A stretch of 64,000 nucleotides of DNA from an uncultured virus (IMG/VR IMGVR_UViG_3300009684_000030) (lineage: Duplodnaviria; Heunggongvirae; Uroviricota; Caudoviricetes): IMG/VR virus record IMGVR_UViG_3300009684_000030, one strand, 5' to 3'. Under the pieces are notes generated by a model. That model made no database searches. It was not told the origin of the DNA and worked only from the letters and a program-made list of their open reading frames with translations. Shown here piece after piece: positions 1 to 9,609 of the stretch. The position numbers were made by a program, and so were the translations under genes. Position 1 is the first letter of the stretch. Each line of letters starts with the position of its first letter.

Positions 1-1406
1 GTTCGTGCTAATTTACAAGAGGCAAATGATATTGTAGCTTTGGTTCCAGATAGAGGAGCCGATGCCAGAGAACGGCACGTAAGAAATGCATTGGAAGTTG
101 TGGTAAAATCAGTAACAGCAGAAACATTTAAAGCTGGTACTGATTGCAAAGAGGTACAGTTTGCGAATATCTGATATGCTAATGTGACAGCAATAGTATT
201 CCATAAAGGAAATGTCAGCAATGAACTACAGTTAAAAAACATTCCAGACATATTAGTAACTAAATGTGTATCAAATAATGGGACTGTTTGTAATGAATTA
301 CAATTTGTAAACATTTGATTCATATTAGTAACCAATGAAGTATTAAATAGAGGAACTGATTGTAATGCAGTACATGTATAAAACATTTGATTCATAATAG
401 TGCAAGCCCGTGTATCAAATAGGGGAACGGTTCTTAATGATTGGCATGATTGAAACATACTAGTCATAATAGGACATAATATAGTATTAAATAATGGCAC
501 AGATTGTAATGAATAACAACCATAAAACATATTGCCCATTGAAACATTAACTTTGGATGTGTCAAATAATGGAACTGTTACTAATTCATAACAACTGTTA
601 AACATACCAGCCATATTAGTAACAGATCCTGTATTGAAGAGTGGGACCGATTGTAATGAATAACACATATTAAACATACTATTCATATTAGTAACAGATC
701 CTGTATTGAAAAGTGGGACCGATTGTAATGAATAGCAACTCTGAAACATACTATTCATTGCCGTAGCAGATGCTGTATTAAAAAGGTTAATGTACTGCAA
801 TGATATACAGTTCAGAAACATATTATTCATTGCTGTAATAGTCCCCGTTGTTCCTATATTAACTCTCTCTAAAAATGCCTGAGTTATATTAGCTCCCCCA
901 ATAGTAATACCAGTTATACTAGTGCCATTTATATTAATATCCAACCAATTTACATTAGAAGCGGCAATCAAACCAGTTCTTGTATTAATGATATTGAAGT
1001 TAATAACTGTAAGATTTGCTGTATCTGGTGTTATTGTTACAATACATTGTCTATGACCAGCATTCGTTAATGTTGTTGAAGACTTTGCTGTATCAGTTAT
1101 ATTGGCATAAACATATTGATGATTTGCTGTTGTATTGCTTGTTATACCTGTAACAATCGTGCCGTCCCCCCAGTCAACCGTATAGGTTCCGGCTGATACA
1201 GTGGCACGAAGAGCAACATAATTAGAATCATCATTTGATACACCATAAAGACCCACAACTTTTTGATCTGATGATGATAGAGTTGGTAGAGCCATCCATA
1301 ATGGTGAACGAACCCAAGGGGAATTAGTGGGAATGGGTCTTCCATAAGCTGGAGAAATACCAACTTTTCCTAAAGGAGTACTTCCAAGATATAATGCTGT
1401 AGCCAT
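1..1406 (-). CDS. Surface/adhesin-like protein with PKD-like segment and DUF285/BspA-type 24-aa repeats (runs off window start)
   Basis: Manual translation from ATG at 1406: MATALYLGSTPLGKVG...TYTVDWGDG...; repeats of type SLQSVPLFNTGSVTNMNSMF with 72-bp period (641 vs 713). Absent from the ORF track because it is truncated. Confidence 0.75.
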   Translation of the reverse strand, partial: MATALYLGSTPLGKVGISPAYGRPIPTNSPWVRSPLWMALPTLSSSDQKVVGLYGVSNDDSNYVALRATVSAGTYTVDWGDGTIVTGITSNTTANHQYVYANITDTAKSSTTLTNAGHRQCIVTITPDTANLTVINFNIINTRTGLIAASNVNWLDININGTSITGITIGGANITQAFLERVNIGTTGTITAMNNMFLNCISLQYINLFNTASATAMNSMFQSCYSLQSVPLFNTGSVTNMNSMFNMCYSLQSVPLFNTGSVTNMAGMFNSCYELVTVPLFDTSKVNVSMGNMFYGCYSLQSVPLFNTILCPIMTSMFQSCQSLRTVPLFDTRACTIMNQMFYTCTALQSVPLFNTSLVTNMNQMFTNCNSLQTVPLFDTHLVTNMSGMFFNCSSLLTFPLWNTIAVTLAYQIFANCTSLQSVPALNVSAVTDFTTTSNAFLTCRSLASAPLSGTKATISFASCKLAR

Positions 1407-1412
1407 ATGTTA

Positions 1413-4400
1413 TTAAATTATTATCCAACCTGTACTAACACTCTGAATTGACATCGAATTATACCTTGTTCCAATAGTCATTGTAGCACTTCCATCTATA
1501 AGATCTGCCCCAACTGCCGATACTGTTACTGTGTTTGTTCCAGAGTTCTTAATGTTAAAGATATATCCAGCAGATCCAGATGCTGTTGGTAATGTTATAT
1601 TGGTTGCTATTGTTGCTATACTATTTACTGTATAATCTGTTATAGTAATTGTATAATTTCCTGAAACCGTTACATATTGTCCAATATTACCTCCAACAGT
1701 AGAAGCATCAGTAATTATATAAAGAGTAGATGCTGATGGAGATCCAAGAGCATTATATGCTGCTTGTGTTATTGTTACAACATTGGTAATTGTATTTGAA
1801 TCTAGAATGTTTTCCCATGCTGATAATGTTGTATTATAGGAATTAAGATTTGTTTGAGTTGAATTATAAACCACTAACCCATCAGCGGGAGTAGTAATAG
1901 CATCACGCTGAGTTGTTGATAAACGGGGTGGTAGAAATCCTTTTGTTGTTGAGGAGAGTTCAAGGATGGATGTAGATGCTGGGGAAGCTGTGCCGATTCC
2001 AACATTGCCAGATCCAAGAATTGTCATCTTGGCGCTTGATGTCTGAAGAGTAGTTCCTGTTGTTAGGGTAGTACCAGTATTAAAAGTAATTGTGCTAACC
2101 CCGGTTCCAGTTCCTGGTGTTGCATTTATATTTACTGCACCCCCAACAATATTTGTTCCAGATGCAGTTGCAGTATTACCTTGAAGTGTTACTGCCGCTA
2201 CAGCAGAAGCACTACCAGAAATAGTGGGAGCAATAACTCCATTTGTAAATACTTGGGCTTGAGAGGTTGCTCCTGTGGTTGCACCTGATACATTAAGAGC
2301 ATCAGTTATACCATAACCTCCTAAGGTGCTTGATGTTAGAGCAACTGTACCATTTACATTTGGCATTGTTACTGTTACAGCACCAGATGAAGCAGGAAAG
2401 GTAAGAGTAGTTAAATTTGTACTTGCTCCAGTAACTATTTGATTTGATGTGCTTTGAATCTTTAATCCGGTTCCAAGATATAATGATCGAGGGCGAGTTG
2501 CAGCAGTTGCACCAATATCAAGTGTATTATCTGTTGAAAATAACAGATTACCTGTAAGGGTTCCTCCTCCTGTCGATAATGCTCCAACATCAGAAGCAGA
2601 AGGCATTGCATGAACGTGATCTCTTCTTGCAGCAATTAATTGTGTTCCAGGTCCAACAGTTCCTAACGCAGCAGGATTTGTTGTATCAAATAATGCCTTG
2701 TTGGAATAAACAGTTTCTGTATTTCCAATTGCAAGAACCGATAATAAACCAGATGACGGAGCAGTTGCTCTAGGAGCATATCCATGAGAAGTGGTAGAGG
2801 CATTTCCTGTGGTTATATCAGTAAATGTTATGGTAGATTCTGCTTGAGAATGTGAAGCGGTGGCATAGTCAGTCGCGGCAGTAAATGCGGCAGTTCCTAA
2901 GGTAGCTCCTCCAACCTTAGTTACTGATATAGCACCAGTTGAAGCTATTGTTGCATCCCCTGAAGTGGATACTGCTGCATATGCAGTATTACCAGCATTA
3001 CCAACTAGAATTTGGCCAGCCGATGGAACTGTATTAGGAACAATTGATGCCTTAGTTTGGGCATCATTGGTAACAGATCCTAAGGAAACATCAGAAGCGG
3101 ATATTGTTATATCACCGGTTAGCGCATGACCTGCAACTGTGCGAGATGTAGGAACACCGCCAAGACCTGATAGGGTAATTGCAGCAGCAGCACCAGCAAC
3201 ATCATATACGCCTGTATGAAGATGATCTCCATATGCAGCAGTTGAATGGCTTATTCCAAATCCAGGAAAACTTACAAGAGAACTATAATTTGAATTTGCT
3301 GCATTATCTCCTGTATTAGTACCAGATACAGATGCATCAAGAGCGACTGTGAGTGTTTTAGATGTTGTTCCACCAGCAATAGTAAATCCAGTAGTTGCAC
3401 TGGTTAGAGTTAAACCATTAACCGAAGACGGAGTAATGGCTCCAAGAGTAATAGTTATGGCTGGAGTTGATGATGGATTTGATACAGAACCAGAAACTCC
3501 ATTTGCGGTTGATACAGAAACAGTTGTAACAGTTCCAGGATTAGATACAAATGTTTTCCATTCAAATCCATCAGTTGAAGAATTTGTACAAAGAGTTTGA
3601 CCTGCTGTACCAAAACCAGTTAATCCTTTTAAAGATATTGTATTGGTTGATCGCGCTAGAGGAGAAGTAAATGTAAGAGGAACTTCGTATGTTCCACTAG
3701 AACCTGGAGCAAATGCCCCAGTCGCCCAATCATATACTGCTTTTGTAGAAGGATATTGAGTTGTACTAGCTAAATCTGTAACTATACTTTGTGACCTATG
3801 TGCATCATTTTCTGGAATATAAGGAAATGCACCTTCAAGTAGAGCCCAATTTGAAGTTGTTTGTCCAGGAGAATCAACCAAGGCTCTCATTGAACTGCCA
3901 ATGGTATAACCAGCCAATGGACCAGATGCAGCAACTATAGAAATTCTCCATAGATCACCTTTTAAAATTGCTCCAGATGTTCCAGATCCTCCCGTAGTTG
4001 GAAATGTATTTACAGATGCATCAAAATTACCACGATCATCAACTAGACCAATTACCAAACCGTCAGCATATGACTTTGCAGCAGACTCAGCAGATGCAGC
4101 CAATCCAGATGCATCATATGCGGTAGCCGCCGTAAATGCGGCAGTTCCTAAGGTAGCTCCTCCAACCTTAGTTACAGAAATAACACCAGTTGAAGCTATG
4201 GTTGCATCACCTGAAGCGGATACCGCAGCATATGATGTACCACCAGCATTGCCTATTAATAATTGACCAGCAGATGGAGTAGTATTAGGAACAATGGATG
4301 CTTTTGTTTGGGCGTCATTTGTGACAGATGATAATCCAACGTCAGATGCTGAAATAGTTACATCTGCGGTTAGCGCATGGCCTGCAACTGTGCGAGATGT

Positions 4401-5903
4401 AGGAACACCTCCAAGACCTGATAGGGTAATTGCTGCGGCCGCACCAGCAATATCATATGCTGTTGAATTTGTATAAGCAGCTGTTCCTAATGTTCCTCCT
4501 GTTCCAGCTGCAAGAGTATAACCAGAAGTTATTGTTATAGTTCCTGCATAAGGAGTTTTACCCGACCATGTATCTAAATTAGCAGACCAAGCTTCAATGG
4601 TAGAACCAATTGATCCGGGTTGTAATGAAGTCCCACCCAAAACTATTCTTGAGTCATCTCCATATGCAGCAGTTGAATGACTTGTGCCGAACCCAGGAAA
4701 ACTTATAAGGGAACTATATTGTGTATTAGTTGCATTATCCCCAGTATTGGTACCAGATACAGATGCATCAAGAGGAACCGTTAGAGTTTTTGAAGTAGTT
4801 CCGCCCGCAATAGTAAATCCAGCAGTTGCAGTTGCTAATGTTAGACCGTTAACAGAAGTTGGAGTAATTGTTCCAAGAGAAATTGATATTGCTGGAGTTG
4901 ATGATGCATTTTCAACAGATCCAGAAACTCCATTTGCAGTTGATACAGAAACAGTTGTTACTGTTCCAGGATTCGATGTAAATGTTCTCCACTCTAAACC
5001 ATCCGTTGTAGAATTAGTACATAAGGCTTGATATGATGAACCAAATCCAGTTAAACCTTTTAGTGATATTGTATTAGATAATCTTGAAAGGGGAGAAGTA
5101 AAGGTAAGAGGAACTTCATATGCTGTTGAATTTGTATAAGCTGCGGTTCCTAATGTACCCCCTGTTGTAACATTAAGAGTTTGTCCTGATGTAACTGTTA
5201 TAGTTCCAGCATAAGGAGTTTTTCCTGACCAAGAATCTAAATTGGATGAATACCCTTGAATAGTTACTCCAATTGCACCTGGTTGCAGAGCAGTATCAGC
5301 CTTACCACCTTGTACAGAAGTTGCTGCATCAGTTATGCCATATCCAATAAGAGTTGTAGGGTTAGTTCCAGATATAACTCTTCCCTTGGAGTCAGTTGTT
5401 ATACTTTTATATGTTCCTGCTGAACCTGTATCCTTAAGAGTTGTTACAAAACTCCCAGTACCAGATCCTGTGACATCTCCAGTTAGAGTAATAGTTTGTT
5501 CTGCTGCTTCAAATGAACCTATTGTATTTGTTGCTGTTCTATAGTATATTAAACCATCAGCATAATTTAAGGCAAGTTCTCCGTATCCAATATTTGCTAT
5601 AGTAGGATTAGATCCATGTATGCCTGAATTCTTAATAAGAATAGTTGATCCAGCTATACCAGAATAAGAACCTCCACTAATAGTTGTATGGGAATTATTT
5701 GCAAGAGTTGTTGCAACAAAATTTAATGATGCTCCATTATAGATTAATAATGCACCATCTGAAACATCGGACAAATCTACATCAACTAATTCTGATAATC
5801 TGTTACCGCCTGAGCTAAATGTAGTAACCGAAATATCATTATTCGATTTTACACTACCCATTAAAGGATTATTTGGAACAATATAGGATGTAATGTCAGC
5901 CAT
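1413..5903 (-). CDS. Long tail fibre-like protein (1496 aa) with internal duplications
   Basis: G/T/S/A-rich; YGELALNYADG module; TITLTGDVTGSG and GNVGIGTASP...KGFLPPRL motifs typical of fibres; virion-gene context. Confidence 0.75.
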   Translation of the reverse strand: MADITSYIVPNNPLMGSVKSNNDISVTTFSSGGNRLSELVDVDLSDVSDGALLIYNGASLNFVATTLANNSHTTISGGSYSGIAGSTILIKNSGIHGSNPTIANIGYGELALNYADGLIYYRTATNTIGSFEAAEQTITLTGDVTGSGTGSFVTTLKDTGSAGTYKSITTDSKGRVISGTNPTTLIGYGITDAATSVQGGKADTALQPGAIGVTIQGYSSNLDSWSGKTPYAGTITVTSGQTLNVTTGGTLGTAAYTNSTAYEVPLTFTSPLSRLSNTISLKGLTGFGSSYQALCTNSTTDGLEWRTFTSNPGTVTTVSVSTANGVSGSVENASSTPAISISLGTITPTSVNGLTLATATAGFTIAGGTTSKTLTVPLDASVSGTNTGDNATNTQYSSLISFPGFGTSHSTAAYGDDSRIVLGGTSLQPGSIGSTIEAWSANLDTWSGKTPYAGTITITSGYTLAAGTGGTLGTAAYTNSTAYDIAGAAAAITLSGLGGVPTSRTVAGHALTADVTISASDVGLSSVTNDAQTKASIVPNTTPSAGQLLIGNAGGTSYAAVSASGDATIASTGVISVTKVGGATLGTAAFTAATAYDASGLAASAESAAKSYADGLVIGLVDDRGNFDASVNTFPTTGGSGTSGAILKGDLWRISIVAASGPLAGYTIGSSMRALVDSPGQTTSNWALLEGAFPYIPENDAHRSQSIVTDLASTTQYPSTKAVYDWATGAFAPGSSGTYEVPLTFTSPLARSTNTISLKGLTGFGTAGQTLCTNSSTDGFEWKTFVSNPGTVTTVSVSTANGVSGSVSNPSSTPAITITLGAITPSSVNGLTLTSATTGFTIAGGTTSKTLTVALDASVSGTNTGDNAANSNYSSLVSFPGFGISHSTAAYGDHLHTGVYDVAGAAAAITLSGLGGVPTSRTVAGHALTGDITISASDVSLGSVTNDAQTKASIVPNTVPSAGQILVGNAGNTAYAAVSTSGDATIASTGAISVTKVGGATLGTAAFTAATDYATASHSQAESTITFTDITTGNASTTSHGYAPRATAPSSGLLSVLAIGNTETVYSNKALFDTTNPAALGTVGPGTQLIAARRDHVHAMPSASDVGALSTGGGTLTGNLLFSTDNTLDIGATAATRPRSLYLGTGLKIQSTSNQIVTGASTNLTTLTFPASSGAVTVTMPNVNGTVALTSSTLGGYGITDALNVSGATTGATSQAQVFTNGVIAPTISGSASAVAAVTLQGNTATASGTNIVGGAVNINATPGTGTGVSTITFNTGTTLTTGTTLQTSSAKMTILGSGNVGIGTASPASTSILELSSTTKGFLPPRLSTTQRDAITTPADGLVVYNSTQTNLNSYNTTLSAWENILDSNTITNVVTITQAAYNALGSPSASTLYIITDASTVGGNIGQYVTVSGNYTITITDYTVNSIATIATNITLPTASGSAGYIFNIKNSGTNTVTVSAVGADLIDGSATMTIGTRYNSMSIQSVSTGWIII

Positions 5904-6544
5904 TATATGGTGCAGGTTATTGTATATGTAGAGGTTGAAACTCCGTCTTGAGCAAGAACAACTATAGTAATTACATTAACTCCGGGAATAAGAGCAATCC
6001 CATTACTAGAGGTTCTTGATATAACTGGAATACCATTAATTTTAATAGTAGAAGTATCATCAAGAGAAATTGGAGTAAGGGCAATATCTGTTGTATGATT
6101 TGGAAAGGATATTGTGTATGATAGAGTTTTAGGTGTAAATTCTGGGTTTAATGTACCGTAACTTAACATAAGTTCAGATAGATCTGAAACCGTAGATAAG
6201 GGAGCTACTATATGAGTAGCCGCAGGCGATACAGAAACTTGTCCTTCAGCAATTCTAATTACATCATTACTAATATTATAAATTTCTACATCGAAAACAT
6301 AACGACCAGGCTTCATCCCCCGTGTTACAGCAGATGTTAATGAAATACCAACATGTCCTAGTGTGGTAGGAGTAAGAATAACAGTTGAAAAATCAATTGC
6401 TGTCAAAGATGTATATGATTTTCTAATTTGGCCGCGTGCGGAGTATCCTACAACATCAAATGGGAGACCATTGACATCTTTGACAGTAATAGTAGACGAA
6501 AATGAACTTCCCTGATCAATATTGATATCCGAATATGTGGCCAT
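5903..6544 (-). CDS. Virion protein: baseplate/fibre adaptor-like N-terminus plus cadherin-like beta-sandwich C-terminus
   Basis: NIDQGSSF...GRYVFDVEI N-domain; C-terminal LNPEFTP...ALIPGVNVITIVVLAQDG..TYTI; late promoter upstream. Confidence 0.6.
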   Translation of the reverse strand: MATYSDINIDQGSSFSSTITVKDVNGLPFDVVGYSARGQIRKSYTSLTAIDFSTVILTPTTLGHVGISLTSAVTRGMKPGRYVFDVEIYNISNDVIRIAEGQVSVSPAATHIVAPLSTVSDLSELMLSYGTLNPEFTPKTLSYTISFPNHTTDIALTPISLDDTSTIKINGIPVISRTSSNGIALIPGVNVITIVVLAQDGVSTSTYTITCTI

Positions 6545-6552
6545 TATAGTAG

Positions 6553-6560
6553 TATTTATA
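6553..6560 (-). promoter_or_regulatory. T4-type late promoter TATAAATA
   Basis: Exact consensus just upstream of ATG 6544. Other exact copies precede genes at 7004-7011(-), 9602-9609(-), 22451-22458(-), 26738-26745(-), 34862-34869(+), 59238-59245(+), 60032-60039(+) and 61068-61075(-). Confidence 0.8.
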
Positions 6561-6635
6561 CATCATTACAAAAGAAAAATACTTTCCGATATAAAATCAG
6601 AAAGTATTTGGAGATACACTTATTATTTTATAAAC

Positions 6636-6983
6636 TCAATTAAGAGTAACAGTCCCGTCGGAATGAATAGTGTGTGCTGGAATTGCATTTACTTTAGTAG
6701 TAATAGTAGTAACAATATCTTGACGTTTTCCTGCACATTGGACTAAAATAAATTCGGTAAATGCGGCAGATGCATTAAATAGTTCTGCACCTGAAGTGCC
6801 AATAGCCTCTAATTTCATTGCTGAAGTTACATCACCACGAGTATTCCAAAGATTATCATATGCAGTATTCCACTGATTAACCATCATCTCCATCATTTGT
6901 TGTGGTACCGATTTAAGTTGTTCAGCAGCACGGGCCGCACGCTGAGTTATGTCTGGATGTGTATTTTGTGTTAATAGGCTCAT
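6636..6983 (-). CDS. Hypothetical protein (late)
   Basis: 115-aa ORF preceded by TATAAATA at 7004-7011. Confidence 0.7.
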   Translation of the reverse strand: MSLLTQNTHPDITQRAARAAEQLKSVPQQMMEMMVNQWNTAYDNLWNTRGDVTSAMKLEAIGTSGAELFNASAAFTEFILVQCAGKRQDIVTTITTKVNAIPAHTIHSDGTVTLN

Positions 6984-7022
6984 TTTATTTAGTGTTGATT
7001 ATCTATTTATATAGTATTTTTA

Positions 7023-7191
7023 GTTTTGTGAATTATTACCTTTACAAACTTTTAAGATATGGTATAATTGATCTAGATTCTGCTTGATTTAAACATATCC
7101 TAATATGAATAAACTAATCCAATTCCCGAAGGGAATAACCCGAAGGGTTGAATAAAGATACATAAGGTTGTTCTTTGGAAGAGATAGATTA
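7023..7191 (+). repeat. Dispersed ~170-bp non-coding element, copy 1 (sigma70-like promoter plus twin hairpins)
   Basis: Near-identical inverted copy at 34688-34857; TTTACA(7041)-16-TATAAT(7063); hairpins ATTCCCGAAGGGAAT and AACCCGAAGGGTT at 7122-7149. Confidence 0.85.
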
Positions 7192-8004
7192 TTAGTATTG
7201 GAAAGTATTTTGATACCATGCATGGCTATCTTTAATACTGGTTGCAATTTCTGGAATTAATACATCAGTCCAATCAGATAGTTTACTTGGTTTTAATTGA
7301 GGTTTTACTGAATGGGCTCCAAAAATTCCAAAATGAGAATCATCCTCATAGACCTCTTTAGTTATATTATTGAAATCATGTAAATATGATTCTTCTCCAA
7401 TATACTCATAAAGTTTATCCATACTTTCTTGAGGAGATGCACATAAATCTTCATATCGAATAAAGTAAATATCCTTTGCAACACCTCGTTGGAATAGATC
7501 TGCTGTTCTTTGTAAAGCTAATCCAATTGGTTGTGATGTTAACCAATATTGAACTCTTTGAGAGACGGTCATATTTTGCATCTTGACAGGATTATCAGGA
7601 CCTTCTGGATTATGTCGGTTTGCTTGGTAAATTCGTTCCATGGATGCAATAATCGAACGAAGATCACGAACCATACAAATCATTTTTGGATTAGGATTCC
7701 ATTGAGCAGCCCATTCAAAATAATGCGACCACCCGCGATTTTTATCACATACTATAGATCTATCTGTAATAGGAGCATAATAACCTTGTGCCATAGCTGA
7801 ACACATTGATATAAATGCATCCTTCATGAGTTGAGGGTCTTGTGATTTTACTTCTGCGAGATTATAATTAGATCTTGCACCGTACATATATTCCAAAAGT
7901 GGTGAAGTAGAACTACCATATATTTTTGGATTTTGATGAAGTAGGACTTGAAGAAGTTCACTGCCAGATCTTGGCATGGAAGTATTAAAGATAAAGCTTT
8001 TCAT
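7192..8004 (-). CDS. Sulfotransferase family protein
   Basis: 5'-PSB loop SMPRSGSELL, DKNR, 3'-PB motif VRDLRSIIAS, RYEDL. Confidence 0.85.
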   Translation of the reverse strand: MKSFIFNTSMPRSGSELLQVLLHQNPKIYGSSTSPLLEYMYGARSNYNLAEVKSQDPQLMKDAFISMCSAMAQGYYAPITDRSIVCDKNRGWSHYFEWAAQWNPNPKMICMVRDLRSIIASMERIYQANRHNPEGPDNPVKMQNMTVSQRVQYWLTSQPIGLALQRTADLFQRGVAKDIYFIRYEDLCASPQESMDKLYEYIGEESYLHDFNNITKEVYEDDSHFGIFGAHSVKPQLKPSKLSDWTDVLIPEIATSIKDSHAWYQNTFQY

Positions 8005-8068
8005 ATATTAATTTATATGATTTTCTAAGAGAAAAATACTTATTATATACAATCAATTTTCGTCAAAC

Positions 8069-8602
8069 TTACTTATTTGCAAAAATTTGCTTTTTAATAT
8101 CATTATAATCAGCTAAAACTCCAGCACTACAACCTTCTTTTTCAATACGGCTACGTAGTTTAATAATAGATATACCCAACCAATTACCAGGATATGCATC
8201 AGTATCAAATAGTATATCTCTCATATTTAGCCATTTAACAAATTGATCTTTACCTATCACATTTAGAGTTACTTGTAGTCGATTAAGTGTTGTTATACTA
8301 CTACCTGATGCTATTAATTGATTGCATAAGCTCTCTATAGTAGTATCAATTACTTTAATTGGCTGTTTAGGAGAATCAACCGGTGCAATAATGGCAGCTA
8401 ACTTAGTTGGATCTAGTTGAGATAATGTAAGTAGTACTGGTAGGTTCCCTTCTACAATTGTTGGAAGAACTGTAATTGTAGAAGGAATTATAACTTGAAC
8501 TTTTGGAATATGTTTAACTTTTACTGATATATCTGAAGGAGTACTATCTTGTTGTGCAAAGATAGTTCCTATAAAAAAAATATTCAGTAAAAGGAATTTC
8601 AT
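8069..8602 (-). CDS. Hypothetical protein with N-terminal signal peptide
   Basis: MKFLLLNIFFIGTIFA-Q signal-like N-terminus. Confidence 0.6.
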   Translation of the reverse strand: MKFLLLNIFFIGTIFAQQDSTPSDISVKVKHIPKVQVIIPSTITVLPTIVEGNLPVLLTLSQLDPTKLAAIIAPVDSPKQPIKVIDTTIESLCNQLIASGSSITTLNRLQVTLNVIGKDQFVKWLNMRDILFDTDAYPGNWLGISIIKLRSRIEKEGCSAGVLADYNDIKKQIFANK

Positions 8603-8605
8603 GTA

Positions 8606-9580
8606 TTACTTAAGTTCAACAATTTCAAAGGGTTTGCCTGCTGTTTGAGCAACAACAAAGTCATTAGCACGGATGAGATTACCGTCAATATTTCTAAGAA
8701 TTTGAGCAATTTTAGAAACAGCATTATTTAATTCATCATTTGATTTGGCTGAGCTAAATTTACTAAATGCACGACGTAGAGCATCTACATTATCATCTAC
8801 TAATATAGTAAGTCCATTTGGTAATTTAATAGGAGATAAGATATTAGGCCCGGATCCATCTTTTTGATATTGAATAAAAGCATTTGATCTAACTAGGTTT
8901 AAATCACATGATCTTAGTGCTCCAGCAACAGCATCAATTCCCTTTTGAGATTGATTAAATGATGTAAAGAAGTAACGTAATTTAGCCCATTCCATAACAT
9001 CTTTAGCCATTACTTCAATTTTAATTTCAGCAACTTTATTAATTGGTAGATCAACTCGCTTACTGGTAGTATTAATAATATCAGTATATAAAGAAATAGC
9101 GCCAGTTCTATCTCCATGTGTCCTTAGAAGAGCTGCTTGATCCCATTTACATTTATTTTTTTGTTCAATTACAGCAGAAGCTAAATCTAACTTAGGAAAT
9201 AAAGCTGCCTCGGCATCAATTAGAGTAAGTTGTGCATCATAACCAGTTGTTTGTGTTACAAAAAATGCTATAGCCTGTTGAACAAGGAGTGCTGACTCTT
9301 GAGAACTTCGTGTTCCCCCAAAAGTAGGATCTGCAAGAACATCATCAGCAATAGTCTGTTTATCTTGAATAGTCAAATCTGGTCCTGCTGGTGTTACTAA
9401 TAGATAAGAAGTAGCCGCCGTAGATGCAATATGGTCTGAATTTGATTTATAAACCATAGCATCTGCAATTTTCTCCTTTGTGCTAACGGTTTCATTTTTA
9501 TAATCTGGTAAATCTACAGCAAAAGCACTCAAGGAGAATGCCGCCATAGATACTAGTGTTAATATATTTATTTTTTTCAT
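8606..9580 (-). CDS. Hypothetical exported helical protein
   Basis: MKKINILTLVSMAAFSLSAFA signal peptide; internal repeat LRSCDLNLVRSNAF / LRNIDGNLIRANDF. Confidence 0.65.
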   Translation of the reverse strand: MKKINILTLVSMAAFSLSAFAVDLPDYKNETVSTKEKIADAMVYKSNSDHIASTAATSYLLVTPAGPDLTIQDKQTIADDVLADPTFGGTRSSQESALLVQQAIAFFVTQTTGYDAQLTLIDAEAALFPKLDLASAVIEQKNKCKWDQAALLRTHGDRTGAISLYTDIINTTSKRVDLPINKVAEIKIEVMAKDVMEWAKLRYFFTSFNQSQKGIDAVAGALRSCDLNLVRSNAFIQYQKDGSGPNILSPIKLPNGLTILVDDNVDALRRAFSKFSSAKSNDELNNAVSKIAQILRNIDGNLIRANDFVVAQTAGKPFEIVELK

Positions 9581-9609
9581 GTTTGTTTTTCTCTATGGAT
9601 TTATTTATA

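Noticed and set aside
1142..1363. 73-aa ORF in the track
   Set aside because: Out-of-frame overlap with the longer ORF starting at 1406 that runs off the window.
2878..5120. Duplicated fibre blocks as a diversity-generating retroelement TR/VR pair
   Set aside because: Both copies are in-frame within one gene, differences do not look adenine-specific, and no reverse transcriptase is present in the window.
2579..5544. Plus-strand ORFs antisense to the long fibre (and similar ones at 13158, 16322, 18011, 20573, 21523, 30903, 32627, 44887)
   Set aside because: Antisense shadows of long genes with biased codon use; no motifs or expression signals.
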